A stretch of DNA of 32,000 nt from Candidatus Methanoperedens sp. (lineage in GTDB: Archaea; Halobacteriota; Methanosarcinia; Methanosarcinales; Methanoperedenaceae), in the NCBI GenBank assembly GCA_027460535.1, contig JAPZAR010000025.1:1-32000 (forward strand), given 5' to 3'. The notes beneath the pieces were generated by a model. The model searched no databases and was not told where the DNA came from. It saw only the letters and a list, made by a program, of their open reading frames with translations. Below are positions 1 to 8,464 of this stretch, in pieces. A program made the position numbers and the translations under genes. The first letter of the stretch is position 1; each line of letters starts with the position of its first letter.

Positions 1-3000
1 TATATTCCCGCATCAGAATATGTGGGTTCCCATGAATAATTGTTTTGAGTTAAGGAACCTCTTGTTGCATTAGTTCTGTAGATCAATGCATCATTATCAA
101 CATCAGTAGAGGATATTGTGAAATTGAGCCATTGGCCTTCGTTCACGCTCTTATTGCCTATTGACTGCTGGACTGGATTATTGTTTGGAACCCTTGTATT
201 TTGGCTTATACCCGTTGTATTGATCGTCCCATTGCCTGAAATGTTAAAGGCATATACGGTTATATTGCTCCATCCGTGTGCCCCGACTGAAGCATTGAAA
301 TAAGTGTTTGCAGTGCCGTTTGACCAAGTACCGTTATGCCTTACATTATAACTATTGGTGATGTTGCCTGAACCGGCTCGCCATGTGTTGTTCACCCAGA
401 AGTTGCCATGTGTTTCTGCCAAGTTCGTTGGCGATGGCGGTATATAGTCATTCGACGATGAAAGAGTCGCCTCGAAATGTATCTGCGAATACCCATCATT
501 ATAAGTAAATGTAATATATCCTGTTGAGTTGCTGGTATAGGTGTGCCATTTAGCCCCATTCTTTTTTATATCTATTTTGGTGTTTGATGGGAAATCACCA
601 ATAACATGGCTAGTAGTTACCGAAGAATTAGTGCTGCTTTCGTTCCATTTTTTAAAATAATCACCTATACTATTCCACTTTGAAACATTAACTACTACCG
701 AATCTGATGATGGCACTATGGTCATTTTTACGGCTGAATACCATACAGAGTCGTTATATAAAGTAAATTCACTCGTTCCATTTGAATAGATTGTAGTATT
801 CTTAGACAACATAGCAGTATATGAAGGATTAATTAAAAGGAGTTTATAGGATGTTTCATCTATAGGATTTGGCGTACAATCATGCATGCCTCCAGTATCA
901 CAATAATCTACACCTATACCAGCAAAGCTTAGGTTATTCTTTGAAACTGTATAATATACATAGTGAGCCCATCCTGGGCTTGGTACACCATTAATAGTGT
1001 GCCAACCGTGTGCCATAGAGAAAATATTATTGGGATATTCACCAGTATAATACTTGTACGGATCGCCATAATTTAAAAGTTCATCATATATATTGTTGAT
1101 ATAATATGTCTGGATTCCTTGTAATCTGGGAAAATTAACAGACCGTTGCCAATAATCTGTTAAATCGTGTGTTAAATTAGTTACACCTTCTGTATAAAGA
1201 AAAACACTAGTATCGTTATCAAATATATTATTGAGAATTGTAATATTATTCTTAATTTCTTTTGAAATATACTTATCATCAGACGTTCCTGGAGTTCCCC
1301 ACTTGCTATAGAAATATATTATACTAATCGCCTCTGGTGGCATGTTACGCTGAATAGTAACATATTTCCCCGGAAGTTCAGAGGGGAGTAACATATCGAA
1401 AGTATTATTCGAGATTCTCGTGTTATTGATATTCCCTCGTATCTCGATTCCTATATGGCCAATCTTTGAAAAATTGTTACCAGATATTAATAAGTTACTT
1501 ACAGTAGAGCGTATATCAAGACCTACGGAATAAGAATCTGTATCGCATGTCATGTTTATAAAAGTGTTATTAATAATTTTATCATTATTATTATCGCTGA
1601 ACATAGAAAGACCTATATCAGCCGTATTTACTATATTGTTTTGAACTGTTACGTTCGATGAAGCTGAAACATAAATAGCAGATATGATATTTGAGCAATT
1701 GCTCTGCCTCATGCTGTTATTGTAGATAAGAGAATCTACTGCACTGACAGACTTAATAAAAAATCCACTATAATCTTTAACATTCTCTAAAATGTTGTTT
1801 GAAACAATACTTCCAGTACCAGTTTCTATAATACCTCCTGCATTATTGGAAAAATAGTTGTCTTGAATTACTGAATAAGACAATTTCACGCCTATATCAT
1901 TATCATAAAACGAGTTGTTCTTTACTAGTACATTTATGCCATAAAGTCCAACGCTATTGTTTGAAAATGTTGAATTAGTGATAGTTGAGTAATCCACTAC
2001 AGAAACTCCACAATTTGTATTAGGATAAATACAACTTCCAAAACCCAAGAAACTTATTCTAGAATTGGTAATCTCACTATTTTTTGATTTGATGACTACA
2101 TAACTTCTACCATCACTTGAGTTTCTATCGAAATCTGTTCCATTCCAGCTTGATATGCTAGAATTTATTATATTAACTTTATTTCCTGATTCAATTGTCA
2201 GAGAATAGATATTTGTATCATCGGAAGCTATCTTAAGAGTGACATTTTTCAAAGTAAAGTCACTTTGAATAGATGTGTTACCATATCTTACCATCTCAAT
2301 ATCTGAACAGGTTGTTGGCACGACTATTGTTAAGTCGCCGTACGTAGTTCCGTTTATACATAGAGAATTAGTAGCTTTGATAACGAATTGCTTAAATGTA
2401 GAATTAATGTGGCCAAGACTATTATTTGACCAAACAGTTATGTTATGATTCCCATCAGATAATGCGGTTAATGTTTCATCATACGAAGAACAATTATAAC
2501 ATGCTGTAATATTTGTACCTTTATCTATGGAATACCATACTTGTGGTACATCAGTGTCAGTTGAAACAGATAAATTAGGATTTCCAAATACATAAGTAAC
2601 ATTCAATGGAGATGAAACGGTCATTAGTGGCGGTAATTTATCTACTGTTACTTTTCTCATTACAGAATTTACATTACCATTTGCGTTTTGTGCATAGACA
2701 GTATAATTGTAAGTTGCTTCTGATAAGTCTGTGAAGTTATGATATAAACGATACAATCCTGCATTGTAAGATGCTCTTATTTCTTCTGGACTCAATTCCT
2801 TATTCCATATCTTTATATCATCAATCATACCATTGAAATATGCTATTGTCCAACCGCCATCATAAATCTGTACTCTTCCAATCCCGTATTCATCCCAAGA
2901 TTCGTTCTTATCTCCTGTTCTAATAGCACTACTTGCTAGAGTACCATTAACATAGAGTTTCATTATTTTTGACGAATTTATTGTAGCAACAACGTGATAC

Positions 3001-4775
3001 CATGTATTGCTTGAAGGTAAAGTTGTAGAAACTTCAGTGGGAACCCCCGCATCATTAGTATCAATATAAGTGAGTGCGTTTCCATTTAAAGCAAGAGTGT
3101 TCCTCCAATATGATTGTCCTATTAATCCTTGCCATCCTTTTAATTTATTAGGATTTATCCACATTTCATAAGTATAGCTATCTACATAATCACCTGAAGG
3201 TATCTGCGGAATGTTCACATAATCATCCACGCCGTCAAACTGGAGAGCGGAACCAAACTTCCCGCTTGCATTTACCGGACATGTTGAACCAGAACACGTT
3301 CCGTTATTCCCGTAAGAAGACCAATCCTTGAAAAAAGTAGAATTCTCCCCAATCTCGTTGTTAAATCTCCACCATCCCACCAAAGAGCGGTTGAAGTCGA
3401 TGAATGCGGTCAGGTTGTTGGGAGTGTCCGAATCATCTACTGTGACACTAACGTAAGTCCATGTCCTGTTGACGTATGCGCCGCTTACATCGGTAGGTGA
3501 AACAAAAGATATGGAAAGTGGTGGGCTTGGTGCAGTATGATTCAGAGTCACTGTCCTTGTCTCGGAGACATTCATGTTTCCTGAAATGTCATTTGCATAC
3601 ACTTTGTATGTTATTGTCCCGTTCTGGCTTGTCATATTGCGATAAAAATTTGTTCCTGAACCGGACATTGTATAATTGGCCAAGGTTCCGTTGCTCCATT
3701 CAAGCAAGGCGTTGCCTCCATTCTCATTCAATGTTATGTTTACGTACTCCCAGTTTTCTGTTTTCTGCGAATTGTTGTTCCATGTCGGGGAGACAAAGGT
3801 TATTGAAGGTGGCGTTTTGTCCGGGATTGTGCTCACTGTTAAAGTCCTTGTCTCCGTCTTATTAACATTCCCAGACAAATCCTGTGCATAAGCCGTGTAG
3901 TCGTAATTCCCATCCGCTAATCCTGTGATGTTGTGATACAATCTGTAAGAGCCAGCGTTGAAAGAAGCGTTTATCTCTTCGGGGCTTAATACTCTGTTCC
4001 ATATCTGGACTTCGTCGATTGTGCCATTAAAATTGTTCCCATTCGGAACTTTACCAATAAATAAATTTGTAGTTGTATTAAAGTTAGCTCTCTGTGCTGT
4101 TGTTTTTTCCAATACTCCATTTATATATATTGATACTGAAGTTCCATTGTAAGTTGCAACTCCATGATAAAGTACACCCGTTGTAATAGATGATATGCTC
4201 TCTACCCATGAACTGTCGCCAACCCACATACCGAATTTGTTGGGTGTGTTTAGTCCTACACCCACGTTATATCCTTCATAAGGAGCAGATTTTTGATTCC
4301 CTAATAACGAACCAGGCAGTGCCGTTGCCCGAAACCATACGGATACTGTAATATTCGGTGGTAGTAAACTCGCATCATTCCCAGCATCTACATAATCGTT
4401 AATTCCGTCAAACTGCAATGCATTCCCAAATTTTCCAGTTGTATTAACTGGGCATGAACTTCCAGAACACGTTCCATTATGGCTCCAACTTGACCAGTCA
4501 CGGAAAAGCGTTGAACTTTCCCCAGTTTCATTGTTAAACCTCATCCAGAGAACAAGCGAGCGGTTCCAGTCTATGAATGCTGTTAAGTTGTTCGGTGTCT
4601 GTGTATCGTTCACTGTAACATTGACATAAGTCCATGTTCGGCCTACATGTGCACCATTTGGATCAGTGGGATAGACGAATTCGAGTGATAAATTGGCTGC
4701 CATGGCATTTGAACCAATTGCCATTATTATAAAAATAGATAAAACAAAAATTGCAGATATTTTCTCTAATCTCAT
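1..4775 (-). CDS. Giant secreted cell-surface protein, C-terminus off window: signal peptide, two LamG/ConA-like modules, Ig-like spacers, PbH1 right-handed beta-helix region, FN3-like and cadherin-like Ig repeats
   Basis: Absent from the ORF track because there is no stop in the window. My minus-strand translation from ATG 4775..4773 stays open to position 3 (~1591 codons). The N-terminus MRLEKISAIFVLSIFIIMAIGSNAMA looks like a signal peptide. LamG-like stretches include GKFGNALQFDGINDYVDAG...FNGTIDEVQIWNRVLSPEEI. PbH1-like repeats include ITNSTFSNNSVGLYGINVLVKNNSFYDNDIGVKLSYSVIQDNYFSNNAGGI. The cadherin-like end reads NKSVNEGQWLNFTISSTDVDNDALIY...YSWEPTYSDAGIY. N-X-S/T sequons are extremely dense. 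Confidence 0.8.
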   Translation of the reverse strand, partial: MRLEKISAIFVLSIFIIMAIGSNAMAANLSLEFVYPTDPNGAHVGRTWTYVNVTVNDTQTPNNLTAFIDWNRSLVLWMRFNNETGESSTLFRDWSSWSHNGTCSGSSCPVNTTGKFGNALQFDGINDYVDAGNDASLLPPNITVSVWFRATALPGSLLGNQKSAPYEGYNVGVGLNTPNKFGMWVGDSSWVESISSITTGVLYHGVATYNGTSVSIYINGVLEKTTAQRANFNTTTNLFIGKVPNGNNFNGTIDEVQIWNRVLSPEEINASFNAGSYRLYHNITGLADGNYDYTAYAQDLSGNVNKTETRTLTVSTIPDKTPPSITFVSPTWNNNSQKTENWEYVNITLNENGGNALLEWSNGTLANYTMSGSGTNFYRNMTSQNGTITYKVYANDISGNMNVSETRTVTLNHTAPSPPLSISFVSPTDVSGAYVNRTWTYVSVTVDDSDTPNNLTAFIDFNRSLVGWWRFNNEIGENSTFFKDWSSYGNNGTCSGSTCPVNASGKFGSALQFDGVDDYVNIPQIPSGDYVDSYTYEMWINPNKLKGWQGLIGQSYWRNTLALNGNALTYIDTNDAGVPTEVSTTLPSSNTWYHVVATINSSKIMKLYVNGTLASSAIRTGDKNESWDEYGIGRVQIYDGGWTIAYFNGMIDDIKIWNKELSPEEIRASYNAGLYRLYHNFTDLSEATYNYTVYAQNANGNVNSVMRKVTVDKLPPLMTVSSPLNVTYVFGNPNLSVSTDTDVPQVWYSIDKGTNITACYNCSSYDETLTALSDGNHNITVWSNNSLGHINSTFKQFVIKATNSLCINGTTYGDLTIVVPTTCSDIEMVRYGNTSIQSDFTLKNVTLKIASDDTNIYSLTIESGNKVNIINSSISSWNGTDFDRNSSDGRSYVVIKSKNSEITNSRISFLGFGSCIYPNTNCGVSVVDYSTITNSTFSNNSVGLYGINVLVKNNSFYDNDIGVKLSYSVIQDNYFSNNAGGIIETGTGSIVSNNILENVKDYSGFFIKSVSAVDSLIYNNSMRQSNCSNIISAIYVSASSNVTVQNNIVNTADIGLSMFSDNNNDKIINNTFINMTCDTDSYSVGLDIRSTVSNLLISGNNFSKIGHIGIEIRGNINNTRISNNTFDMLLPSELPGKYVTIQRNMPPEAISIIYFYSKWGTPGTSDDKYISKEIKNNITILNNIFDNDTSVFLYTEGVTNLTHDLTDYWQRSVNFPRLQGIQTYYINNIYDELLNYGDPYKYYTGEYPNNIFSMAHGWHTINGVPSPGWAHYVYYTVSKNNLSFAGIGVDYCDTGGMHDCTPNPIDETSYKLLLINPSYTAMLSKNTTIYSNGTSEFTLYNDSVWYSAVKMTIVPSSDSVVVNVSKWNSIGDYFKKWNESSTNSSVTTSHVIGDFPSNTKIDIKKNGAKWHTYTSNSTGYITFTYNDGYSQIHFEATLSSSNDYIPPSPTNLAETHGNFWVNNTWRAGSGNITNSYNVRHNGTWSNGTANTYFNASVGAHGWSNITVYAFNISGNGTINTTGISQNTRVPNNNPVQQSIGNKSVNEGQWLNFTISSTDVDNDALIYRTNATRGSLTQNNYSWEPTYSDAGI
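2643..3506 (-). repeat. Intragenic module copy 2 (Ig-like lead-in plus LamG domain) of the surface protein
   Basis: FVSPTDVSGAYVNRTWTYVSVTVDDSDTPNNLTAFIDFNRSLVGWWRFNNEIGENSTFFKDWSSYGNNGTCSGSTCPVNASGKFGSALQFDG ... RLYHNFTDLSEATYNYTVYAQNANGNVNSVMRKVTV. This is a diverged direct duplicate of copy 1. By eye the lead-in is roughly 70% identical at the nucleotide level and the LamG core is much less so. Confidence 0.75.
3834..4679 (-). repeat. Intragenic module copy 1 (Ig-like lead-in plus LamG domain) of the surface protein
   Basis: FVYPTDPNGAHVGRTWTYVNVTVNDTQTPNNLTAFIDWNRSLVLWMRFNNETGESSTLFRDWSSWSHNGTCSGSSCPVNTTGKFGNALQFDG ... RLYHNITGLADGNYDYTAYAQDLSGNVNKTETRTLTV aligns residue by residue with copy 2. 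The module starts are 1173 nt (391 codons) apart. Confidence 0.75.
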
Positions 4776-5468
4776 TTTATGGTCATAATGATTATCATAA
4801 CTATTATAATTTTTGGTCAATCCGGCTGGTTAGAAAAACAAAGTCCTATTCTAAAAAAAAATCGCGGCTCAGAAATGCTGCTGAACTCATTCAATTCCAT
4901 TGGAACTTATGGATACGATACACGATGATTCAACACCTGCTATGATTGAATTTCTCTCTGACCGTATTTGGAATTGGAATGATTTTCTTTTGTTTCATTA
5001 TGCGTTATAAAATAGGACTATAGGTAATTTTTTAAATTTTTAAATACCGATAAATATTTAGTATCGAGTTGAATTGTATTTTTTGTGGAGCAACTTCCCC
5101 AAAAGACAGAACATCTCACTCATATACTCAGTATTTACTTGAATCATATTTACTGACGAATGCTTGAAATTGGTCCCGCATTTCGATCGTGGGGGCATAG
5201 TCGAGGATATGTTTAAGAATGAAATACTTAAATCGATTAACTTTTGGAGGCATGACAATAGGAACCAGATGCAATCTCTTGAATGCAACGGCATAGTCTA
5301 TGGTGTATGGAAATGATGGCCATCCTTGTTGAACTATGTTTTAAAATTACTTAAATTTTATAGTTTAAAAGTCTCTATGCGCAATTGCTGCTGTTTTATA
5401 CAACCTCCAGAGTCATAAACCAATTCATGCTTATATTTAATACTCATATAGTATATCTAAAAATAGAT

Positions 5469-6575
5469 ATGCTCTTCGAACACTGGATCTACTCCACTGC
5501 CATAGCAATAATCGCAGGAATGATCCACTTCAAAAAAACAGGCCGCGACTATTCATGGATCATCATCGCAAGCGCCTATGCACCCGATTTCGATATTGTC
5601 GCAGACACGGTATTCAATAAGCTGGGCATTCCTGTTCTTGGCATAAGGCACGGAGATTTTCATAATATTGCAGCGCTGCTCCTTTACGCCGGTCTTGCGG
5701 CGCTGGTGCTGCAGATTGTCCGATACAAATACCTGGATGCGTTCGTGTTCGCTGGGGTCGGGTTCGGGGCACATATTTTTGAGGATGTGCTGGTATTTAA
5801 TCCCGGGTATGCATTCTTCTGGCCATTATCATATCAAAAGTTTGGTATAGGATTGCTTGAATATACTCGAAATTTATATCGTATTGCTGATAAGGAAGTA
5901 CTTATTATTGGTTTGTTTGCCGTTATGGTTTGCGTGATCATCAGGACGATGTATGAAGGAAATGGCTGGATAAAAAGAGAGATGAAAAAATTAGCTATCA
6001 TAGTCGCAATCATGGTTTTAATGATTTCAGCTTTGAGTATTCTTGATATAAATGTAATATACATAACAGCCTCCAGTAGAGAAGGAATTTTTGTAGAAGG
6101 ATGGCAGTATCAGCAGGATGCCTCTTGGGATTCAAGTGTTTTTCACAATGGTAAATATTCAGCCAAAATTGAAATTTTTGGGAACCAAAGTAAAATATCA
6201 GGAAAATGGATGAGTAATCCTATTAGAGTGAGATCGAACACAACGTATAGGATCTCAGCCTGGGGCAAAACAGAGGGTGCAGTAGGGACACATTCCATAA
6301 GAATAGTTGAAGCGGACACTGATACTAAGCAGACAAATGAAACTATTCTTGAATTCGGCCAAGGGACAAACGACTGGATGCAGAACCAAAAAACATTTAA
6401 GACAAGAATTAACACAACCCAGGTTTTTGTTAACGCTAATATCTATAATGGTTATGGCACTTTTTGGTTTGATGATATAGAATTGATTGAAGAAGGAACT
6501 GATAAAAACCTTATTTTCAACGGAGGATTTGAAAAGGGTGATGTTATAGAATTCTTACCGAATCAGGGGAAATGA
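5469..6575 (+). CDS. Membrane-bound metal-dependent hydrolase (YdjM/DUF457-like) fused to an extracytoplasmic CBM4/9-like carbohydrate-binding domain
   Basis: The track ORF 5385..6575 begins at TTG. I prefer the ATG at 5469 (MLFEHWIYSTAIAIIAGMIHF). The N-terminal half is hydrophobic and carries APDFDIV, RHGDFHN and HIFED His/Asp motifs typical of YdjM-type hydrolases. After further TM helices, the C-terminal ~170 aa (GWQYQQDASWDSSVFHNGKYSAKIEI...YNGYGTFWFDDIELIEEG) resembles CBM_4_9 jelly-roll domains. Function is uncertain. Confidence 0.6.
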   Translation: MLFEHWIYSTAIAIIAGMIHFKKTGRDYSWIIIASAYAPDFDIVADTVFNKLGIPVLGIRHGDFHNIAALLLYAGLAALVLQIVRYKYLDAFVFAGVGFGAHIFEDVLVFNPGYAFFWPLSYQKFGIGLLEYTRNLYRIADKEVLIIGLFAVMVCVIIRTMYEGNGWIKREMKKLAIIVAIMVLMISALSILDINVIYITASSREGIFVEGWQYQQDASWDSSVFHNGKYSAKIEIFGNQSKISGKWMSNPIRVRSNTTYRISAWGKTEGAVGTHSIRIVEADTDTKQTNETILEFGQGTNDWMQNQKTFKTRINTTQVFVNANIYNGYGTFWFDDIELIEEGTDKNLIFNGGFEKGDVIEFLPNQGK

Positions 6576-6900
6576 AAGTTGCTCTTGAGGTTGGGTGTGA
6601 GTTCAACGAATCCTTTATTTTCAAATTCATTAAAGATAGTACATTAATTTAACCTAAAAATTTGTAATACAGGCTGTCCCAAATATAACTTCAATAAATC
6701 CAAAAAAATCAAAATATCAACAAAAAACTCACTTCACCTTTAATTCGAGTTCAAAATATAGACAATGCCCCTAATTCCATTAAAAATGATATTTTATCGG
6801 AAAAATTTATCATAATTTCGCCACTATTGTTCATTTAAATTCCCTTTCAAAGTACTTCATTCATGTCTTTAGCTTTCTTTTCAGGAACCCCCCTATTTTT

Positions 6901-7029
6901 TCAATTATGAACAATACACATCATAATGAATTCCACTTTTGTTTTATTTTTTCCTCTCAAAAGAAACTCTGTAAATCCTCTATTTTGTTTCATCTGGACC
7001 AAAACAGGTTCAACCGTTGACAGGTCCCG
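6901..7029 (-). pseudogene. C-terminal remnant of an IS1182/IS5-like DDE transposase
   Basis: The minus-strand translation reads RDLSTVEPVLVQMKQNRGFTEFLLRGKNKTKVEFIMMCIVHN*. This matches the conserved C-terminal signature of IS1182/IS5-type transposases (VE..FG.IK.N.GF..FLLRG...V..E..L.C...N). An in-frame TAG lies immediately upstream and no start codon is present, so only ~42 codons survive. Confidence 0.6.
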
Positions 7030-7095
7030 CTAACGCAACAGAACCCTTTTAACCATATCTTTAAATATCACTCAGGAATTATCTAGTCAACTAGA

Positions 7096-8325
7096 ATGCT
7101 GAATCAAATTAAAGAATATTACAAGGACCCCTTCTACCGCAACTCTGTGGCCTTGATACTGAACTCAGCATTCACAGCTATATTTGGTCTCCTGTTTTGG
7201 ATTGCAGCAGCGCGAACGATGCCCGCGAAAGATATCGGACTTGCAATCGCGGCTATTTCGGCGGCTACGCTTATTCTGGGGTTCTCAAGGCTGGGAATGG
7301 ACGAGGGCCTTGTAAGATATCTGCCTGAATCCAAGAATAAACATGGATTATATAGCTCTGTAGTTGGAGTAACACTAGCACTTGCTATTGCTCTTGCTAC
7401 AATATTTCTCGCAACCGTAAAAATTATTTCTCCAGCACTCGGATTTTTGAGGGTGGGGTGGTTTTTACCTATGTTCTTCGCCTACATCACTATTACATCA
7501 ATCTATTCATTGCAAAATGTTGGGATGATAGCTATACGGAGAGCTGATTTAAGTTTTATGCAGAACCTATTTCTCGGATTACGCATACCAATACTGCTTT
7601 TAATCACTTTTCTTGACGTGTTTGGTGTCTTTACTGCTATTGTGACTGCTTTTGGAATCTCTATTCTCTTTGGTTCATACATTTTGGAAAAACATGGACT
7701 TTCAATAACTCGAGATTATGATATAACTGCTCTACGAAAAATGCTGAGATTCTCTTTAGGAAATTATGTGGCAAGCATCTTCATGATGGCGCCTATAACA
7801 GTCATCCCATTAATTATAGTGAATACACTCGGGGCAGAAAAGAATGCATATTTTTATATGGCTTATTCTATTGCAGGGATACTTTCTATGATCCCTTATG
7901 GAATCTCTACATCTCTTTTTGTGGAAGGGTCGCACAGTTTACCTCTGAAGGAAAACGTCATCAAATCAGTGAAGTTAACCATACTGCTACTAGTTCCCGC
8001 GTTGGTTTTCATCTATCTTTTTGGGAATAAACTGCTCCTGTTGTTTAGTAAAGAGTATTCGGAACAGTCATTTGAGATGCTACAATTGCTTGCGGTATCA
8101 AGTATTTTCTCAGCCTTGACGTCAATCTATATTTCTATTAAGAAGATCCAGAAGGATATCAGAATGGTAAATTATGTGAACTTTTCGCTCACGATAATGA
8201 TAATAGGATTTGGATATGTATTTCTTTCAAAGTACGGGTTATTAGGGCTTGGATACGCATGGTTAGGAGCGAATGTAGCAGTGTCTCTGTTTGTAGTTAG
8301 GATGTTTTTGTGGAGGAAAAGATAA
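7096..8325 (+). CDS. Oligosaccharide/polysaccharide flippase, Wzx/RfbX-like (MOP superfamily)
   Basis: 409 aa with ~12-14 predicted TM helices throughout. The N-terminus YYKDPFYRNSVALILNSAFTAIFGLLFWIAAARTM and the overall organisation are typical of polysaccharide biosynthesis (Wzx) proteins. It converges on the glycan operon. Confidence 0.75.
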   Translation: MLNQIKEYYKDPFYRNSVALILNSAFTAIFGLLFWIAAARTMPAKDIGLAIAAISAATLILGFSRLGMDEGLVRYLPESKNKHGLYSSVVGVTLALAIALATIFLATVKIISPALGFLRVGWFLPMFFAYITITSIYSLQNVGMIAIRRADLSFMQNLFLGLRIPILLLITFLDVFGVFTAIVTAFGISILFGSYILEKHGLSITRDYDITALRKMLRFSLGNYVASIFMMAPITVIPLIIVNTLGAEKNAYFYMAYSIAGILSMIPYGISTSLFVEGSHSLPLKENVIKSVKLTILLLVPALVFIYLFGNKLLLLFSKEYSEQSFEMLQLLAVSSIFSALTSIYISIKKIQKDIRMVNYVNFSLTIMIIGFGYVFLSKYGLLGLGYAWLGANVAVSLFVVRMFLWRKR

Positions 8326-8464
8326 GACTAATCTCATTGTATTATTCTGGTGACTGTTAATACTAAATATTATTATATATCAATTACTAAACTAAATTAA
8401 GATGAATGTCAGCTTGTTCGATCAAATAAATCAATTAGCCATCTATACACTTAAAAATTTATTG

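Noticed and set aside
118-4152. Track ORFs 118..303, 3497..3865, 3676..3891 and 3958..4152 on the plus strand
   Set aside because: All lie inside, and antisense to, the continuous ~1591-codon surface-protein frame. Their sequences look like random hydrophobic or Cys-rich translations.
5058-5294. 78-aa minus-strand ORF, and a plus-strand start-less open stretch (…DECLKLVPHFDRGGIVEDMFKNEILKSINFWRH…), in the 4.8-5.4 kb gap
   Set aside because: No start-to-stop gene structure exists on the plus strand, and I recognise no family motif on either strand. This is possibly gene debris but is not supportable as a feature.
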